Shown here piece after piece: positions 1 through 11,378 of a DNA stretch of 64,000 bases (position 1 is its first letter; the number at the start of each line of letters is the position of its first letter). The stretch covers positions 111,031 to 175,030 of the forward strand of contig CAWHXP010000006.1 in the NCBI GenBank assembly GCA_963833425.1. Direction: 5' to 3'. This DNA is from an uncultured Methanosarcinaceae archaeon (GTDB lineage Archaea > Halobacteriota > Methanosarcinia > Methanosarcinales > Methanosarcinaceae). The translations under genes and the position numbers were made by a program. Below the pieces are notes generated by a model, which worked only from the letters and a program-made list of their open reading frames with translations, had not been told where the DNA came from and ran no database searches.

Positions 1-709
1 CGATTCCCTGGATTTCCACTTCCACAATATCCATCCGCTGTAGTTCTCCAACTCCTGAAGGCGTTCCTGTTGTAATTATATCTCCTACTTCAAGGGTCAT
101 TATTTCAGTTATGAATTCAATGAGGTAAGGAATATCAAAAATAAGATTTGAGGTACTGGATTCCTGTTTGGTTTCCCCATTTACCCTGCAAGCAATTTTT
201 GCAGCCTTAACATCCAGCTCTTCTGGAGATGCCAGATAAGGCCCGAATGCTGCAAAGGTATCAAAACTTTTTGCCCTTGTCCACTGCCCATCCTTTTGCT
301 GGAGATCCCGTGCAGTCACATCGTTAAAACAAGTATACCCCGCGATTACGTCCTCAGCCTTTGAAGCTGAAATATTCTTACAACGCTTACCTATAACAAC
401 TGCAAGTTCTGCCTCGTAATCTATTCTTGAACTGGATGCCGGATAAATGATCTTGTCTTCATGCCCGATAACTGATGACGGCGGCTTTAAAAAAAGGACC
501 GGAGTTTCCGGTATTTCCATGGAAAGCTCTCTGGCATGATCTAGGTAATTAAGGCCAACGCATACAATTTTCGACGGAGATGCAGGAGGCAGGACACGAA
601 GCTCCGAAAGTTCGAAGATCCCTATATGAAGATCTCCTTTAGGGTATACGCGTCCGTGGTCTATTTCGCCATAAAAAATCTCATCTCCGAATCGGAACTT
701 GCCAATCAT
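1..709 (-). CDS. Fumarylacetoacetate hydrolase family protein (runs off the window start)
   Basis: Manual translation from ATG at 709: MIGKFRFGDEIFYGE...PSKIVCVGLNYLDHA...DYEAELAVVIG...FNDVTARDLQ...WTRAKSFDTF...GDIITTGTPSGVG; not in the ORF track because it is open at the edge. Confidence 0.9.
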   Translation of the reverse strand, partial: MIGKFRFGDEIFYGEIDHGRVYPKGDLHIGIFELSELRVLPPASPSKIVCVGLNYLDHARELSMEIPETPVLFLKPPSSVIGHEDKIIYPASSSRIDYEAELAVVIGKRCKNISASKAEDVIAGYTCFNDVTARDLQQKDGQWTRAKSFDTFAAFGPYLASPEELDVKAAKIACRVNGETKQESSTSNLIFDIPYLIEFITEIMTLEVGDIITTGTPSGVGELQRMDIVEVEIQGI

Positions 710-775
710 ATCCTCAAATCCCTCTACTTTTTTAAATATCTTCGCCTGCTCTTTTTTTATAGAATATATCGAAAC

Positions 776-1555
776 TTAAATTTTAACTCTTCGGCCACTG
801 GCATCCCGTTCATATCTTCCAAGTTCAGAATCAAGGATCTGCAAGCCTGAAAAAACAGGTCCGTCCTTGCAAACCCTTAACCCTGACCTATCTATGCAAC
901 ATGCTCCGCAGATTCCGATGCCACATTTGAAATAGCGGTGTAGGCTGAATTCAACTTTTTCAAGAATTTTTTTATCCTTAATAAGCCTGAAGATAGACAC
1001 CATCATTAATTCCTTGCCACAAATAGCAATCTTGTCATAGGCCGAAAAATCGAGCCCCTTAAGAACATCGGTCACAAATCCCTTTATACCTTTTGAGCCG
1101 TCATCAGTAGAAGTATAAACCTTTCCTGCTCCTAAAAAGCGTTTTTCAAAAATCAGTTCATCTGCACTTCTGGCTCCAAGGATCGTATGTACTTCAGAGC
1201 CAGCGGCATAAGCTGCTTCTGCATAAGGAGAAAGAGGAGCGGCTCCGACACCACCTGCAATAATTAAAATTTTTTCATTCTTAGAAGGAAGAGAAAAGCC
1301 TCTCCCAAAAGGTCCCCGAAGTCCAAATGAGTCTCCTTCCTTCAGCTCAAAAAGCTTTGAGGTTGTCTCCCCCACTTTCAGAACAGTTATAGAATTTGTC
1401 CTGGAGAGCCCCATGGGTACCTCATCTACGCCTCTTACCCAAACCATTAAGAACTGGCCCGGTTCCATAGTTTCAAAATTAAGATCAAAGAAAAATGTCC
1501 TGACAGAAGGAGATTCTTCAGTTATTTGTAGTATTGTGGCATTAAGGGGAAGCAT
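776..1555 (-). CDS. pyrK: Dihydroorotate dehydrogenase electron transfer subunit
   Basis: FAD/NAD-binding motifs (RGPFG, AGGVG) and C-terminal CGIGICGAC...C [2Fe-2S] motif; abuts pyrD. Confidence 0.93.
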   Translation of the reverse strand: MLPLNATILQITEESPSVRTFFFDLNFETMEPGQFLMVWVRGVDEVPMGLSRTNSITVLKVGETTSKLFELKEGDSFGLRGPFGRGFSLPSKNEKILIIAGGVGAAPLSPYAEAAYAAGSEVHTILGARSADELIFEKRFLGAGKVYTSTDDGSKGIKGFVTDVLKGLDFSAYDKIAICGKELMMVSIFRLIKDKKILEKVEFSLHRYFKCGIGICGACCIDRSGLRVCKDGPVFSGLQILDSELGRYERDASGRRVKI

Positions 1556-2460
1556 CAGACCATCTCATGAGAAAGTCCTATTAATTTTTTTACATTTGAA
1601 TAACTTTTCCTCTGCAAAAAAGCTTTGATCCCTTTATTAATTTCAGAAAATATATCAATCCTTTCGTACACTGCAGATCCAACCTGTACAGCTGCTGCAC
1701 CTGCCATCATCATTTCTACAGCATCCTGCCAACAAGATACCCCTCCTACTCCTATTACAGGAATTTTGAGAGTAGTATAAAGGTCATAGATACATTTGAC
1801 AGCTACAGGCTTGACAGCCTTTCCTGAGAGCCCTCCTGAACGATTTCCAAGAATAGGATAGCCGGATTCTATATCAATAGCCATTCCTTTTAAGGTGTTT
1901 ATTGCAACAACAGCATCCGCACCCCCCGATTCAGCTGCATTCCCTATACACGTAATATCAGAAACATTCGGAGTAAGCTTAACCCACACAGGCACGTTCA
2001 CGATATCTTTCACTGCAGCTGTGATTGCTTCTACAAGGCATGGGTCAGAGCCAACAGCAGCCCCGTATCCCTCGGAATGAGGGCAGCTCACATTAAGTTC
2101 GAAAGCATCGGGTTTGCCGGGAAGCAAACCTTCTGCAATTTCCATAAATTCAACTACAGTTCCGCCGAAGATGCTCGCAATTACCGGAACCCCAGAATAC
2201 TTTTTTGCAATTTTGAGTTCCTGCAAGAAGTCCGGATAGGAAGGATTTGGGAGTCCCATAGCATTCAAAAAACCACACTCAAGCTGAACAATGGTTGGAT
2301 TTTGATGTCCTTTTTTAGGCATAAAACCTATCGATTTTGTCACAACCGCGTCTGCTCCTCCCTCAAGTGCAACCCTGCACAGAGATGCTCCTGTTGTGCC
2401 AAGAATGCCAGCTGCAAGGATGGTCGGATGTTTCATTTTGAGTCCAGTAAGAGTATACAT
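1555..2460 (-). CDS. pyrD: Dihydroorotate dehydrogenase 1B catalytic subunit
   Basis: NAMGLPNP, ELNVSCPH, VKLTPN, GGLSG motifs; likely start is MYTLTG at 2460 (ORF extends to 2514). Confidence 0.95.
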   Translation of the reverse strand: MYTLTGLKMKHPTILAAGILGTTGASLCRVALEGGADAVVTKSIGFMPKKGHQNPTIVQLECGFLNAMGLPNPSYPDFLQELKIAKKYSGVPVIASIFGGTVVEFMEIAEGLLPGKPDAFELNVSCPHSEGYGAAVGSDPCLVEAITAAVKDIVNVPVWVKLTPNVSDITCIGNAAESGGADAVVAINTLKGMAIDIESGYPILGNRSGGLSGKAVKPVAVKCIYDLYTTLKIPVIGVGGVSCWQDAVEMMMAGAAAVQVGSAVYERIDIFSEINKGIKAFLQRKSYSNVKKLIGLSHEMV

Positions 2461-2494
2461 TATAATTCCTTTCCTGATCTTGCAAGTTATATCT

Positions 2495-3445
2495 TTAGTC
2501 GCATGAATCTTCAAAGTCGTACAAATCTCTTGAAAGCTGTAAGAGGGCTTCTTCAGCTAATTTTTTGCCGCCCATCTGCACAAGTCTTTGTCCAAGTTCC
2601 CTGGCTTTTTCGATACCTTCAGACATGGGGATAAACTCATCTATTTTGACAGTCTCTTGCCCGTTTAGGGAGAGAACCTCAGCTCGGACACCGATTTGTT
2701 TTCCACAAGGTGTAATTTCGGCGTAGGAACCTAAGGGAGTAGTACAGCCCCCTCCAAGTTCTGAAATCAGGATACGCTCGATTTCAGTAACAATCCTGCT
2801 TTCTGGATGATCAAGTTTAGAAGCGGCAATTTCAGCTTCAGTGCCTGCCTTTGTTACTACTGCAACAGTACCCTGATTAGGAGGGGGGCAAAAGAGTTCA
2901 GGGGACAGAATTTCCCCTTCAACCTCCCAGCCCAAGCGTTCGAGCCCAGCTTTTGCAAGCATTATACCGTCGTATTGTCCTTCCCTGAGCTTCCTGAGTC
3001 TTGTATCGATATTGCCCCTTAAGTCCTGAATGATCAGATCAGGCCTGTAGCGCTTTATTTGAGCAGCCCTTCTCAGAGAACTGGTCCCTATAATAGCCTG
3101 CTCGGATAGTTCGTCAAGTATAGTCCCATCATAAGTGAGAAGAACATCAAACGGCGTATCACGCTTCAGAACTGCAGCTGTCGAGAGTAAAGGCGAGCGA
3201 ACTGTAGGGATGTCTTTCATAGAATGGACAGCTATGTCTATTTGTTCTGCCAGAATAACATCATCCAGCTCTCTGACAAAAGCCCCAACTCCACTTGAAA
3301 CGGCGTGCAGAGGGCGGTCAGTAAATATATCTCCCCTAGTACGTATAATCTTTAAGCTAGTTTCAAAACCCAGGTTTTTCAAGAGGTGGGCAACTTTCTC
3401 TGCCTGTGCAATAGCAAGCTTGCTGCCCCGTGTACCTATGATCAT
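2495..3445 (-). CDS. hemC: Hydroxymethylbilane synthase (porphobilinogen deaminase)
   Basis: IGTRGSKLA, AVHSMKD, GTSSLRR, RGNIDTRL, GGGC motifs. Confidence 0.96.
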   Translation of the reverse strand: MIIGTRGSKLAIAQAEKVAHLLKNLGFETSLKIIRTRGDIFTDRPLHAVSSGVGAFVRELDDVILAEQIDIAVHSMKDIPTVRSPLLSTAAVLKRDTPFDVLLTYDGTILDELSEQAIIGTSSLRRAAQIKRYRPDLIIQDLRGNIDTRLRKLREGQYDGIMLAKAGLERLGWEVEGEILSPELFCPPPNQGTVAVVTKAGTEAEIAASKLDHPESRIVTEIERILISELGGGCTTPLGSYAEITPCGKQIGVRAEVLSLNGQETVKIDEFIPMSEGIEKARELGQRLVQMGGKKLAEEALLQLSRDLYDFEDSCD

Positions 3446-3460
3446 TTAGAATCCTCTTTT

Positions 3461-4753
3461 TCAAAGACGCGAATCGATTAAGAGATTTTCAGAATATACT
3501 TCGAGGGTGTTTTCGATATCTGCTTCACTATGAGCTGCAGAGATGAAATTAGTCTCATACTGAGAGGGAGGAAGGAAAACTCCACTTGTAAGCATCCGAT
3601 GGAAAAAAGCAAGGTAACCATCCTTATCACATTTTAGGGCCTCCTGATAGTTATGAGGTTCCGCTCCGAAAAAAATCTTGAACATGGAGGCGACCCCACA
3701 AACATTATAATGAAGACCTAAATCTTCAATAATTTTTGAGAGAGAATCCCTTAGGTAATTGCCTGTTGAATTTAGTTTCTCATGGATATTTTCCTGCTTG
3801 AGATAATCAAGTATTGCAATACCAGCAGCCATCGAACACGGGCTTCCGCTGAAAGTTCCTGCCTGGTAGATAGCCCCGGACGGGGAAATCGTTTCCATAA
3901 TTTCCCGACGGCCTCCAAAAACCCCTATAGGTAAGCCTCCACCTATGACCTTCCCCAAAGTGGTTATATCCGGAATGACGCCAAAGTATTCCTGTGCCCC
4001 CCCCATTGCAAGCCTAAACCCTGTAATAACCTCATCAAAAATAAGAAGTACGTCATTTTCCAGGGTGAGTTCCCTAAGTTCCTCAAGATACCCAATCATA
4101 GGGAGAATAGGACCCACATTCCCAAGTACGGGTTCTATTATCACTGCAGCTAGATCGTCCTTATTTTTTTCTACAAGTCCAGCCATTGTTTCAATATCAT
4201 TATAAGGAGCCTGAAGGGTATATTTTGTAAAACCGTTAGGGATCCCAAGGGAATCAGGCTCTCCCATGGTTGTAGCTCCAGAACCTGCTTTTACTAGAAC
4301 CGCATCATGCGCACCATGAAATCCACCTTCTATTTTGACAAATTTATTTCTGCCTGTAAAGCCGCGAGCAAGGCGAAGGGCACTCATGGTTGCTTCGGTC
4401 CCTGTAGAAACAAAACGAAGCATATCAATACTTGGATAGTACCCTATAATCTTCTCTGCCAACGTTACTTCAAGCTCTATGGGAGTCCCATAAAGCCAGC
4501 CTTTATCCAACTGGGATTTAATGGTTTCCTTTATTACAGGATGATTATGCCCAAGTATCAAAGGACCGTAGGCCATGCAGTAATCAATATACTCATTACC
4601 ATCAATGTCTCTTATTTTGGAACCATCAGCTGAAGCTGTATAGAAAGGATAAGGCTTAATTGCACGCACAGGACTGCTGACCCCACCAGGAATAAGTATC
4701 TTTGCTTTCTCGTACATCTGTCTGGATTTCTCAAATATTAGCTCAGATATCAT
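3461..4753 (-). CDS. hemL: Glutamate-1-semialdehyde 2,1-aminomutase
   Basis: [37 protein letters not shown]. Confidence 0.97.
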   Translation of the reverse strand: MISELIFEKSRQMYEKAKILIPGGVSSPVRAIKPYPFYTASADGSKIRDIDGNEYIDYCMAYGPLILGHNHPVIKETIKSQLDKGWLYGTPIELEVTLAEKIIGYYPSIDMLRFVSTGTEATMSALRLARGFTGRNKFVKIEGGFHGAHDAVLVKAGSGATTMGEPDSLGIPNGFTKYTLQAPYNDIETMAGLVEKNKDDLAAVIIEPVLGNVGPILPMIGYLEELRELTLENDVLLIFDEVITGFRLAMGGAQEYFGVIPDITTLGKVIGGGLPIGVFGGRREIMETISPSGAIYQAGTFSGSPCSMAAGIAILDYLKQENIHEKLNSTGNYLRDSLSKIIEDLGLHYNVCGVASMFKIFFGAEPHNYQEALKCDKDGYLAFFHRMLTSGVFLPPSQYETNFISAAHSEADIENTLEVYSENLLIDSRL

Positions 4754-6696
4754 GAATTCTCACCCTATTGGACTGAAAATTTTCAAAGTTATGAGTTATA
4801 AATTAAAAGAAAAGTTTTAATTCCTACTAAAATTGGTTTGTGGCCTAGAATCATTTATTAAATTTGAAAAACGAGTATTTCTTTCATTTTTTGAAGAATG
4901 TATAGATAGTCTAATGTTTATTATTTTCAACAACTCATGAACACTACCTTAAATTATCATACTGAATTATTAAACTGAAATCTGGATTTGCTGAATTTTA
5001 AAGTAAAGGCAGTTTTACTTCTTTTCTGTATTTCTATTTCTATCTTTCGAAAAGAGCAACCTATTATTATAGTTTTCATTTAAATTGATTACAATTATAA
5101 AAAATTATATTCATGCAAACACCTTAAAAATATCTTATTGAACAAAAGATTTCTTTTATTCACTTGATTGGTGCGTAAGGAGCAACAGAATACTAAAGTT
5201 CAACAGAAGTTAGAGAGTATTTTGATAAGCACCTAAATTTTGTCATATATTTATAAATGTAAATAGTATAAAAACTCATGAAATCAGATGTTTATTGAAA
5301 TTCATATATGCGTTGTACATACATCTAGAAATTGGCTATAAATTACTCACTTGAAAATACAACCTACATTCAGAATACAGATATTATGGATTTAATGTTT
5401 TCATAATCCTTTTTTAAAAATTCTGTAAAGACTTATTGAGCTTAGAGATAGCTAACCTATGATTCGGATCTCACAAAGTATAGACTTAATTAATCATATT
5501 ACAATAGGAATAGTGAGGAAATAATATGTTTTCCCAGCAAAAAAATTGATTCAATGATAATACAAAAAAGTTATCTGCCGGAAGTAGGGTGAAGAACCCT
5601 TAAGTATCGATTCGTAATATATTATTTTGCGAATATTATTTTCAATATGCGCATAATGGCATCTCTTAATCAATTTTGCTTCCATCTCAATGAGAGGTTA
5701 TAACGTACCTACTTCGATAAATGAAAAAGCGAACATTCTCTACACTCGAAATTTAATCATGAAAACATAATCATTGAATGAAGGGAGAATTTGAACGCTC
5801 TCTGATTCATATAAAAAAAGACTCAAATAAAAGATAAAATAAAATTTGCGGTTGCGTACCCTCGCTACAAACAACTGGTAAATGCTCAACCACAATTCTG
5901 TATATAAGAGAATTGTTCGAAATCAAATATTTCCATTTTGATTACATGTTTCTTTTTCTTCCTGGCCCCCTGATTTCCAACATAGCTTTTAATTAAATCA
6001 GAATTTGTATCGTCAACCACAATTCCAATACAAACCCTATAATTCAACAATTCGCATCTATAATCTTTTTTGAGCTCAGATTATTTTAAAGATCCTCTTG
6101 CTGTGAGATATTTAATAATCTGTATCACTATGAAGGAAAATATATTGATTCGTAGCCGACGAAAATATATACATCACCACCAATACAATTGCATAAAACT
6201 CAAAACAGTGCCTTTTACTAACCTTAAAATCATATATTTCAAATGGTTTGTTATATCATTGTGTAATAGAAATTTGTCATTGATACTCACACAAGAGAAA
6301 CATATGATATTCTTTTTATAAATATAATGGTTTACTGAATGTAATTTCATTTTTACAGTACAAACGTAGCCTAAAATATAATATTAGTTAGTATAACAAC
6401 GGCTCTATTGAAAGTTTTCATCTCCTCAGCAAGCTGATTAGTATTCGACTGGGATAAAGTCTTCAGTTTTCTAGTCGGATGAAGACTTCATTACATTTCT
6501 TTTAAAAAGTATCCAGCTGAAATGGCAGAATATTAATATTACTTTATTAATATGACTTTTCAAGTTTCAATTTCACTAACTTTCGGTAAAATTAAATTCC
6601 ACCCTATCCATCGTCATATACGATTATTAATTTCTAATATCATTAATTTGCAAACATCATTAAATTTTGACTTGTATTAATATAAAGTATTAATTT

Positions 6697-7749
6697 ATGA
6701 TTACCATGACAAATGCACCAAGGCTTATTGCATGGGAACTAACTGCAGGTTGTAACCTTAACTGCGTACACTGCAGAGGAGCTTCCACTTCTTCAGTTCC
6801 AGCAGATGAACTCACGACTGATGAAGCTAAACATTTCATTGATGAAGTTTCAGGACTTGGGAAACCAATTCTTATCTTGAGTGGAGGCGAGCCTCTCACC
6901 AGACCTGACGTTTTTGAGATCGCATTGTATGGTACAGATTCTGGATTTCGCATCGTGCTAGCAACAAACGGAACTCTTCTCACCCCTGAGATTGTGGGGA
7001 AATTAAAAGAAGCTGGGGTTCAGCGTCTCAGTATAAGTATCGATGGGGCAGCTGCAATATCTCATGATGAATTTCGAGGCAGGCCCGGAGCTTTTGAGAG
7101 AACGCTTGCAGGTATTGAAGTCCTTAGGAAAGCAAATTTTCCTTTCCAAATCAACACAATGATTTCAAATCGCAACCTTGAAGAAATCCCAAGAACCTTT
7201 GAGCTTGCAAAAAAGCTAGGTGCAGTTGCATATCATCTATTTTTCCTTGTGCCCACAGGAAGGGGAGAAGACTCCGATGAAGTCTCCCCCGAAGATTACG
7301 AACGTGTTCTGCACTGGCTCTATGATATGCAGAAAAAGTCCAAAATTTTATTGAAAGCAACCTGTGCCCCACATTATTTCAGGGTTATGCATCAACGGGC
7401 AAAAAAGGAAGGAATCGAAATATCGACGAATATTCACGGTTACGAATCAATGACAAAAGGCTGCCTTGGAGGGACTAGTTTCTGTTTCGTTTCCAGCATA
7501 GGTGATGTCTACCCCTGTGGCTACTTACCAGTACTTGCTGGCAATATCAGGAAGCAACCTTTCAGAGATATTTGGAAAAATTCAGAGGTCTTCAGAAAAC
7601 TAAGGGCCTCAGAAGAACTGAAGGGTAAATGCGGCATCTGTGAATATAAAAAAGTATGTTCCGGCTGCAGAGCAAGAGCATATGCAGCTACAGGTGATTA
7701 TCTTGATGAAGAGCCCTACTGCATTTATATTCCTGGAAAAAATAAGTGA
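6697..7749 (+). CDS. ahbD: AdoMet-dependent heme b synthase (radical SAM/SPASM)
   Basis: CxxxCxxC (CNLNCVHC), Cys-rich SPASM tail, first gene of the ahbA/B-sirC-hemA cluster. Confidence 0.85.
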   Translation: MITMTNAPRLIAWELTAGCNLNCVHCRGASTSSVPADELTTDEAKHFIDEVSGLGKPILILSGGEPLTRPDVFEIALYGTDSGFRIVLATNGTLLTPEIVGKLKEAGVQRLSISIDGAAAISHDEFRGRPGAFERTLAGIEVLRKANFPFQINTMISNRNLEEIPRTFELAKKLGAVAYHLFFLVPTGRGEDSDEVSPEDYERVLHWLYDMQKKSKILLKATCAPHYFRVMHQRAKKEGIEISTNIHGYESMTKGCLGGTSFCFVSSIGDVYPCGYLPVLAGNIRKQPFRDIWKNSEVFRKLRASEELKGKCGICEYKKVCSGCRARAYAATGDYLDEEPYCIYIPGKNK

Positions 7750-7754
7750 TATAG

Positions 7755-8303
7755 ATGATTGAACTTGAAGATTACAATAGCCGGCTCCAGCAAAAGAAGA
7801 CCGATTTCACCTTTAAGATGGAACCTTATGGCGAAGAAATTCCTGAATTTGAAATTGATGAGACTGATAAGAGAATTCTGAATCTGGTACAACAGGAAGT
7901 TCCTTTAGAAGTCGAGCCTTTTGAAGAATTAGGTAAAATGCTAAATCTTTCTGAAACCGAGATTCTTGAAAGGCTGCGCAAACTCAATAGTAAAGGAGCG
8001 GTAAGGCGGATAGGACCTATCCTCAGCACTAGGAATATGGGTGGAGTGAGTACTCTTGTGGCACTGAAGGTATCAGAAACTCGGATTGAGGAAGTTGCAA
8101 ATTTCATTAATGAGTACCCTGAAGTTTCCCATAATTACCTCCGAAGTGCTGCAAAGTATAATCTCTGGTTTACAATTTCTGCTCCTGATAAAGATAGACT
8201 TGAAGATATAATTTCCGATATTCGAGAAAAAACTGGCTGTCCACTATTAAACCTCCCTACAAAGCGTCTTTTCAAGATAAATGTAAAGTTTGATATCAGG
8301 TGA
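7755..8303 (+). CDS. ahbA: Siroheme decarboxylase subunit alpha
   Basis: AsnC/Lrp-like fold with VSHNYLR and YNLWFT motifs. Confidence 0.9.
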   Translation: MIELEDYNSRLQQKKTDFTFKMEPYGEEIPEFEIDETDKRILNLVQQEVPLEVEPFEELGKMLNLSETEILERLRKLNSKGAVRRIGPILSTRNMGGVSTLVALKVSETRIEEVANFINEYPEVSHNYLRSAAKYNLWFTISAPDKDRLEDIISDIREKTGCPLLNLPTKRLFKINVKFDIR

Positions 8304-8309
8304 AAAAAG

Positions 8310-8768
8310 ATGGATAAAACGGATGTAGAAATACTTAAACTTGTCCAGGATGGGATACCGCTAATTCATTCTCCGTTCAGGCATCTTGCTACTGAACTTG
8401 GGACAAGTGAACAGGAAGTTGTTGAGAGGCTTAAAAACCTCCAGAAAGCTGGGAAAATCCGACGTTTTGCAGCTTCAATAGGTCATAGGGCAATAGGAAT
8501 CACATCCAATGCTATGTGTGTCTGGAACGTTCCCAACGAGCGAATAGAAAAGGTAGGAGCAATAATGGCAGAATTTTCGGAAGTTACTCACTGCTATGAG
8601 CGCCCGCGCTATCCTGACTGGCCGTATAATCTTTTCACTATGGTCCATTCATATACTCATGAAGATTGTGAAAGATTAGCTTTTAGGATTTCAGAAGCTA
8701 CCGGAATTAAGGAATATACTCTATTCTTCAGTGAACGGGAATTTAAGAAAACAGGTGTCAAGCTGTGA
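8310..8768 (+). CDS. ahbB: Siroheme decarboxylase subunit beta
   Basis: VTHCYERP..PDWPYNLFTMVH and EFKKT motifs. Confidence 0.92.
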   Translation: MDKTDVEILKLVQDGIPLIHSPFRHLATELGTSEQEVVERLKNLQKAGKIRRFAASIGHRAIGITSNAMCVWNVPNERIEKVGAIMAEFSEVTHCYERPRYPDWPYNLFTMVHSYTHEDCERLAFRISEATGIKEYTLFFSEREFKKTGVKL

Positions 8769-8792
8769 AGTAATATCTTTAAATATTTTTTT

Positions 8793-9482
8793 ATGAGGTT
8801 TTTGAAATTGGCTGAAAAAAAAACTTTTCTTCCTCTCATGATTGATCTTTCTGGCAGAAAGATTGTCATCTTTGGAGGTGGCTCGGTTGGGGAACGCAAA
8901 GCCGAACTTTTCTGTGGATGTGCAGATACTCTTATTGTAAGTCTTGAATTTTCCCAGCGGTTGCAGGAACTTGAAACCGCAGGACAAGTTCGACTTGTCA
9001 GACTTGATATTCTAACAGCTTCAGATTTTGAACTCCAGAAAATCATATCTGGAGCTTTAATCGTCATTCCTGCAACTAACGATTTGAAACTTAACCAAAA
9101 AATCACTGATATCGCACTTGAAAGCGATATTTTGATAAATCAGGTAAATTCTTTAGGTAGTGTTGTAATTCCTTCAGTCATAAAAAGAGGAGACCTTATA
9201 ATAGGGATTTCGACCCTTGGACACAGCCCTGCTGTCTCCAAATATACCCGCAGACAGATAGAAAACCTGATAACTCCTGCATATTTCGATATGATTCAGC
9301 TTCAGAAAGAACTCAGAAACTACCTCAAAAAGCATATAGCAGAGCAAAAAAAGAGGAAAGAAATCCTTTGGAATATCCTGGAAAGCGAGATTGTTTGGAA
9401 AGGATTTAATGAATCTTATGAAAAAGCAGCTGAAGAGGCATACTATATAATTTCACATTATCTCGAAGATTCCGACCAGTAG
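8793..9482 (+). CDS. sirC: Precorrin-2 dehydrogenase / sirohydrochlorin ferrochelatase (SirC/CysG-N type)
   Basis: LPLMIDL, GGGSVGERK Rossmann motif, ISTLGHSPA. Confidence 0.88.
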   Translation: MRFLKLAEKKTFLPLMIDLSGRKIVIFGGGSVGERKAELFCGCADTLIVSLEFSQRLQELETAGQVRLVRLDILTASDFELQKIISGALIVIPATNDLKLNQKITDIALESDILINQVNSLGSVVIPSVIKRGDLIIGISTLGHSPAVSKYTRRQIENLITPAYFDMIQLQKELRNYLKKHIAEQKKRKEILWNILESEIVWKGFNESYEKAAEEAYYIISHYLEDSDQ

Positions 9483-9536
9483 AGCTTGGTAGGAGATGCA
9501 GAACTTTTCAAAATAAATGATTACTCCATAAATAGA

Positions 9537-9664
9537 AATGTTCATAAATAAATTATTTACGAATAAAAAGTCCATAAAAAAATTATTCTGCATACTAGAA
9601 TGTTCATAAATGAATTATTCTGCAGACAAAATGTTCATGAACATAATTCTTTTGCAAATAGAAA
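9537..9664. repeat. Four imperfect 31-bp tandem repeats between sirC and hemA
   Basis: Units start at 9537, 9568, 9599 and 9630; consensus about AATGTTCATAAATAAATTATTCTGCA. Confidence 0.75.
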
Positions 9665-9764
9665 TTTCTTTGATGAAAAAAGGCTAAAGATTCCTAACAA
9701 AGTTTAATTTACATCCTTATTTAAATATTCTATTTCCCGTGTTTATCCTATATGGAGGCCCTCT

Positions 9765-11078
9765 GTGACAGAAATATCAAGTATGGTTATATCCCATAAA
9801 AAAGCAAAAGTTGAGGAAATGGAATCAGCTTGGCACGGTGATCTGGACAGTATGCTCCATAACCTGTACAAGCATGAGTTTGTTCACGAGTGTGTTGTCT
9901 TGAAAACCTGTAACCGTGTTGAAATCTACGTTGTTTCCCCTAAAAGCAGCAGTGTACTTTTTTCTTTTGCAAAGAAAATGGGAGCTTCCACACACATCAT
10001 CGAATTTTACGGGCACGAGGAATCCCTGGAACATTTGCTAAGACTTGCAGGAGGCCTTGAATCAATGATAGTAGGGGAGGACCAAATCCTTGGCCAGATG
10101 AAGGACCTTTACGCCTATTCTAAAAAAGCTGGAACTACTGGGAAAATAATGGATACTGCCTTTGAAAAGGCTATTCAGGTTGGAAAACGAATTCGAAATG
10201 AAACCAAAATAAACAAAGGTTCGATTTCCATAGGTTCTGCTGCTGTGGATCTGGCAGAGGATATTCTCGAAGGGCTCACAGGAAAATCCGTACTCGTGAT
10301 AGGTGCAGGAGAGATAGGAATTCTTGTTGCAAAGGCTCTGGCTGAAAAAGATATAGAAGCAATATACATTGCTAACCGCACATTCCAGAAAGCTGAAGAA
10401 ATCGCGTATGAACTTGGAGGGCATGCAGTCAGACTTGATGATGTCAAAACATACCTTAAAGATGCTGATGTTGTAATCAGTGGTACTGGCGCTCCACATT
10501 ACATTCTTACTAGGGAAATTGTTGAAAAAGCTATAGAGAACAGAAGCCGTAAACTCCTCCTTATCGACATAGCAAATCCCAGGGACATCGAGGAGTCTGT
10601 TGTTGAACTTGAGAACGTCGAACTGTGCAATATAGACAATCTTAGGGTTATCAGCGAAAAGACTCTTAAAATGCGAAAAGAGGAAGCTAAAAAAGCCGAG
10701 GCTATAATTCAGGACGAAATCAAACTTCTAAATCTCCAGTATAAACGCCAGAGAGCCGACCGTCTTCTTGCTGATCTTTATAGACAGGTGTATGATGTCA
10801 GAATAAGAGAAAGACAAAAAGCAGTAAACAAACTTTGCGCCTATCATACTATCGGAGAGATTGAAACCGAGGTTCTTGATGATCTTACTCATTCAATTGT
10901 TAACAAAATTTTGGCCGAGCCTACCAAAGTCCTGCGCCAGGCCGCAGAACTCGGAAACGAAGAGTTTCTCGATGTGGTTTCAAGGGTTTTCTGCCTCGAA
11001 AAGCATCAGTCAAGGATTGAAAAAATAAAACAAAGTTGTGGAAATGAGTTAAATCGGGTCTCAGAAAAAGGTAATTAA
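9765..11078 (+). CDS. hemA: Glutamyl-tRNA reductase
   Basis: TCNRVEIY, GLESMIVGEDQILGQ, GAGEIG, DIANPRDI; GTG start with GGAGG upstream. Confidence 0.97.
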   Translation: MTEISSMVISHKKAKVEEMESAWHGDLDSMLHNLYKHEFVHECVVLKTCNRVEIYVVSPKSSSVLFSFAKKMGASTHIIEFYGHEESLEHLLRLAGGLESMIVGEDQILGQMKDLYAYSKKAGTTGKIMDTAFEKAIQVGKRIRNETKINKGSISIGSAAVDLAEDILEGLTGKSVLVIGAGEIGILVAKALAEKDIEAIYIANRTFQKAEEIAYELGGHAVRLDDVKTYLKDADVVISGTGAPHYILTREIVEKAIENRSRKLLLIDIANPRDIEESVVELENVELCNIDNLRVISEKTLKMRKEEAKKAEAIIQDEIKLLNLQYKRQRADRLLADLYRQVYDVRIRERQKAVNKLCAYHTIGEIETEVLDDLTHSIVNKILAEPTKVLRQAAELGNEEFLDVVSRVFCLEKHQSRIEKIKQSCGNELNRVSEKGN

Positions 11079-11378
11079 AGAAAAAATAGGAGATTTTTTA
11101 ATTTATTCTGAGATCACAAAAATATGCCACAAATCTCACTTTCAACTGATTGTAATCAATCAAAAAGCCCAAAAAAACAATTAAATGTCGCATTATTAAG
11201 GTTGGTGTTTTTAATGACGAGTTCCCAGTGTAGCGAATGTTTGTATTTTCATAAACTAAGGCTGATACTCTCTAGCTAACCTCAATTAAATTCGGAATAG
11301 AATCAAACTGGGATACAACATTATGTATATTTTTAGAGTAGCATCAACCAAAGGATGGAAAAATACAAAAATATCTAT

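Noticed and set aside
5560..6480. Possible IS remnants between hemL and ahbD (e.g. GGCTCTATTGAAA at 6401)
   Set aside because: No transposase frame or paired TIR could be reconstructed
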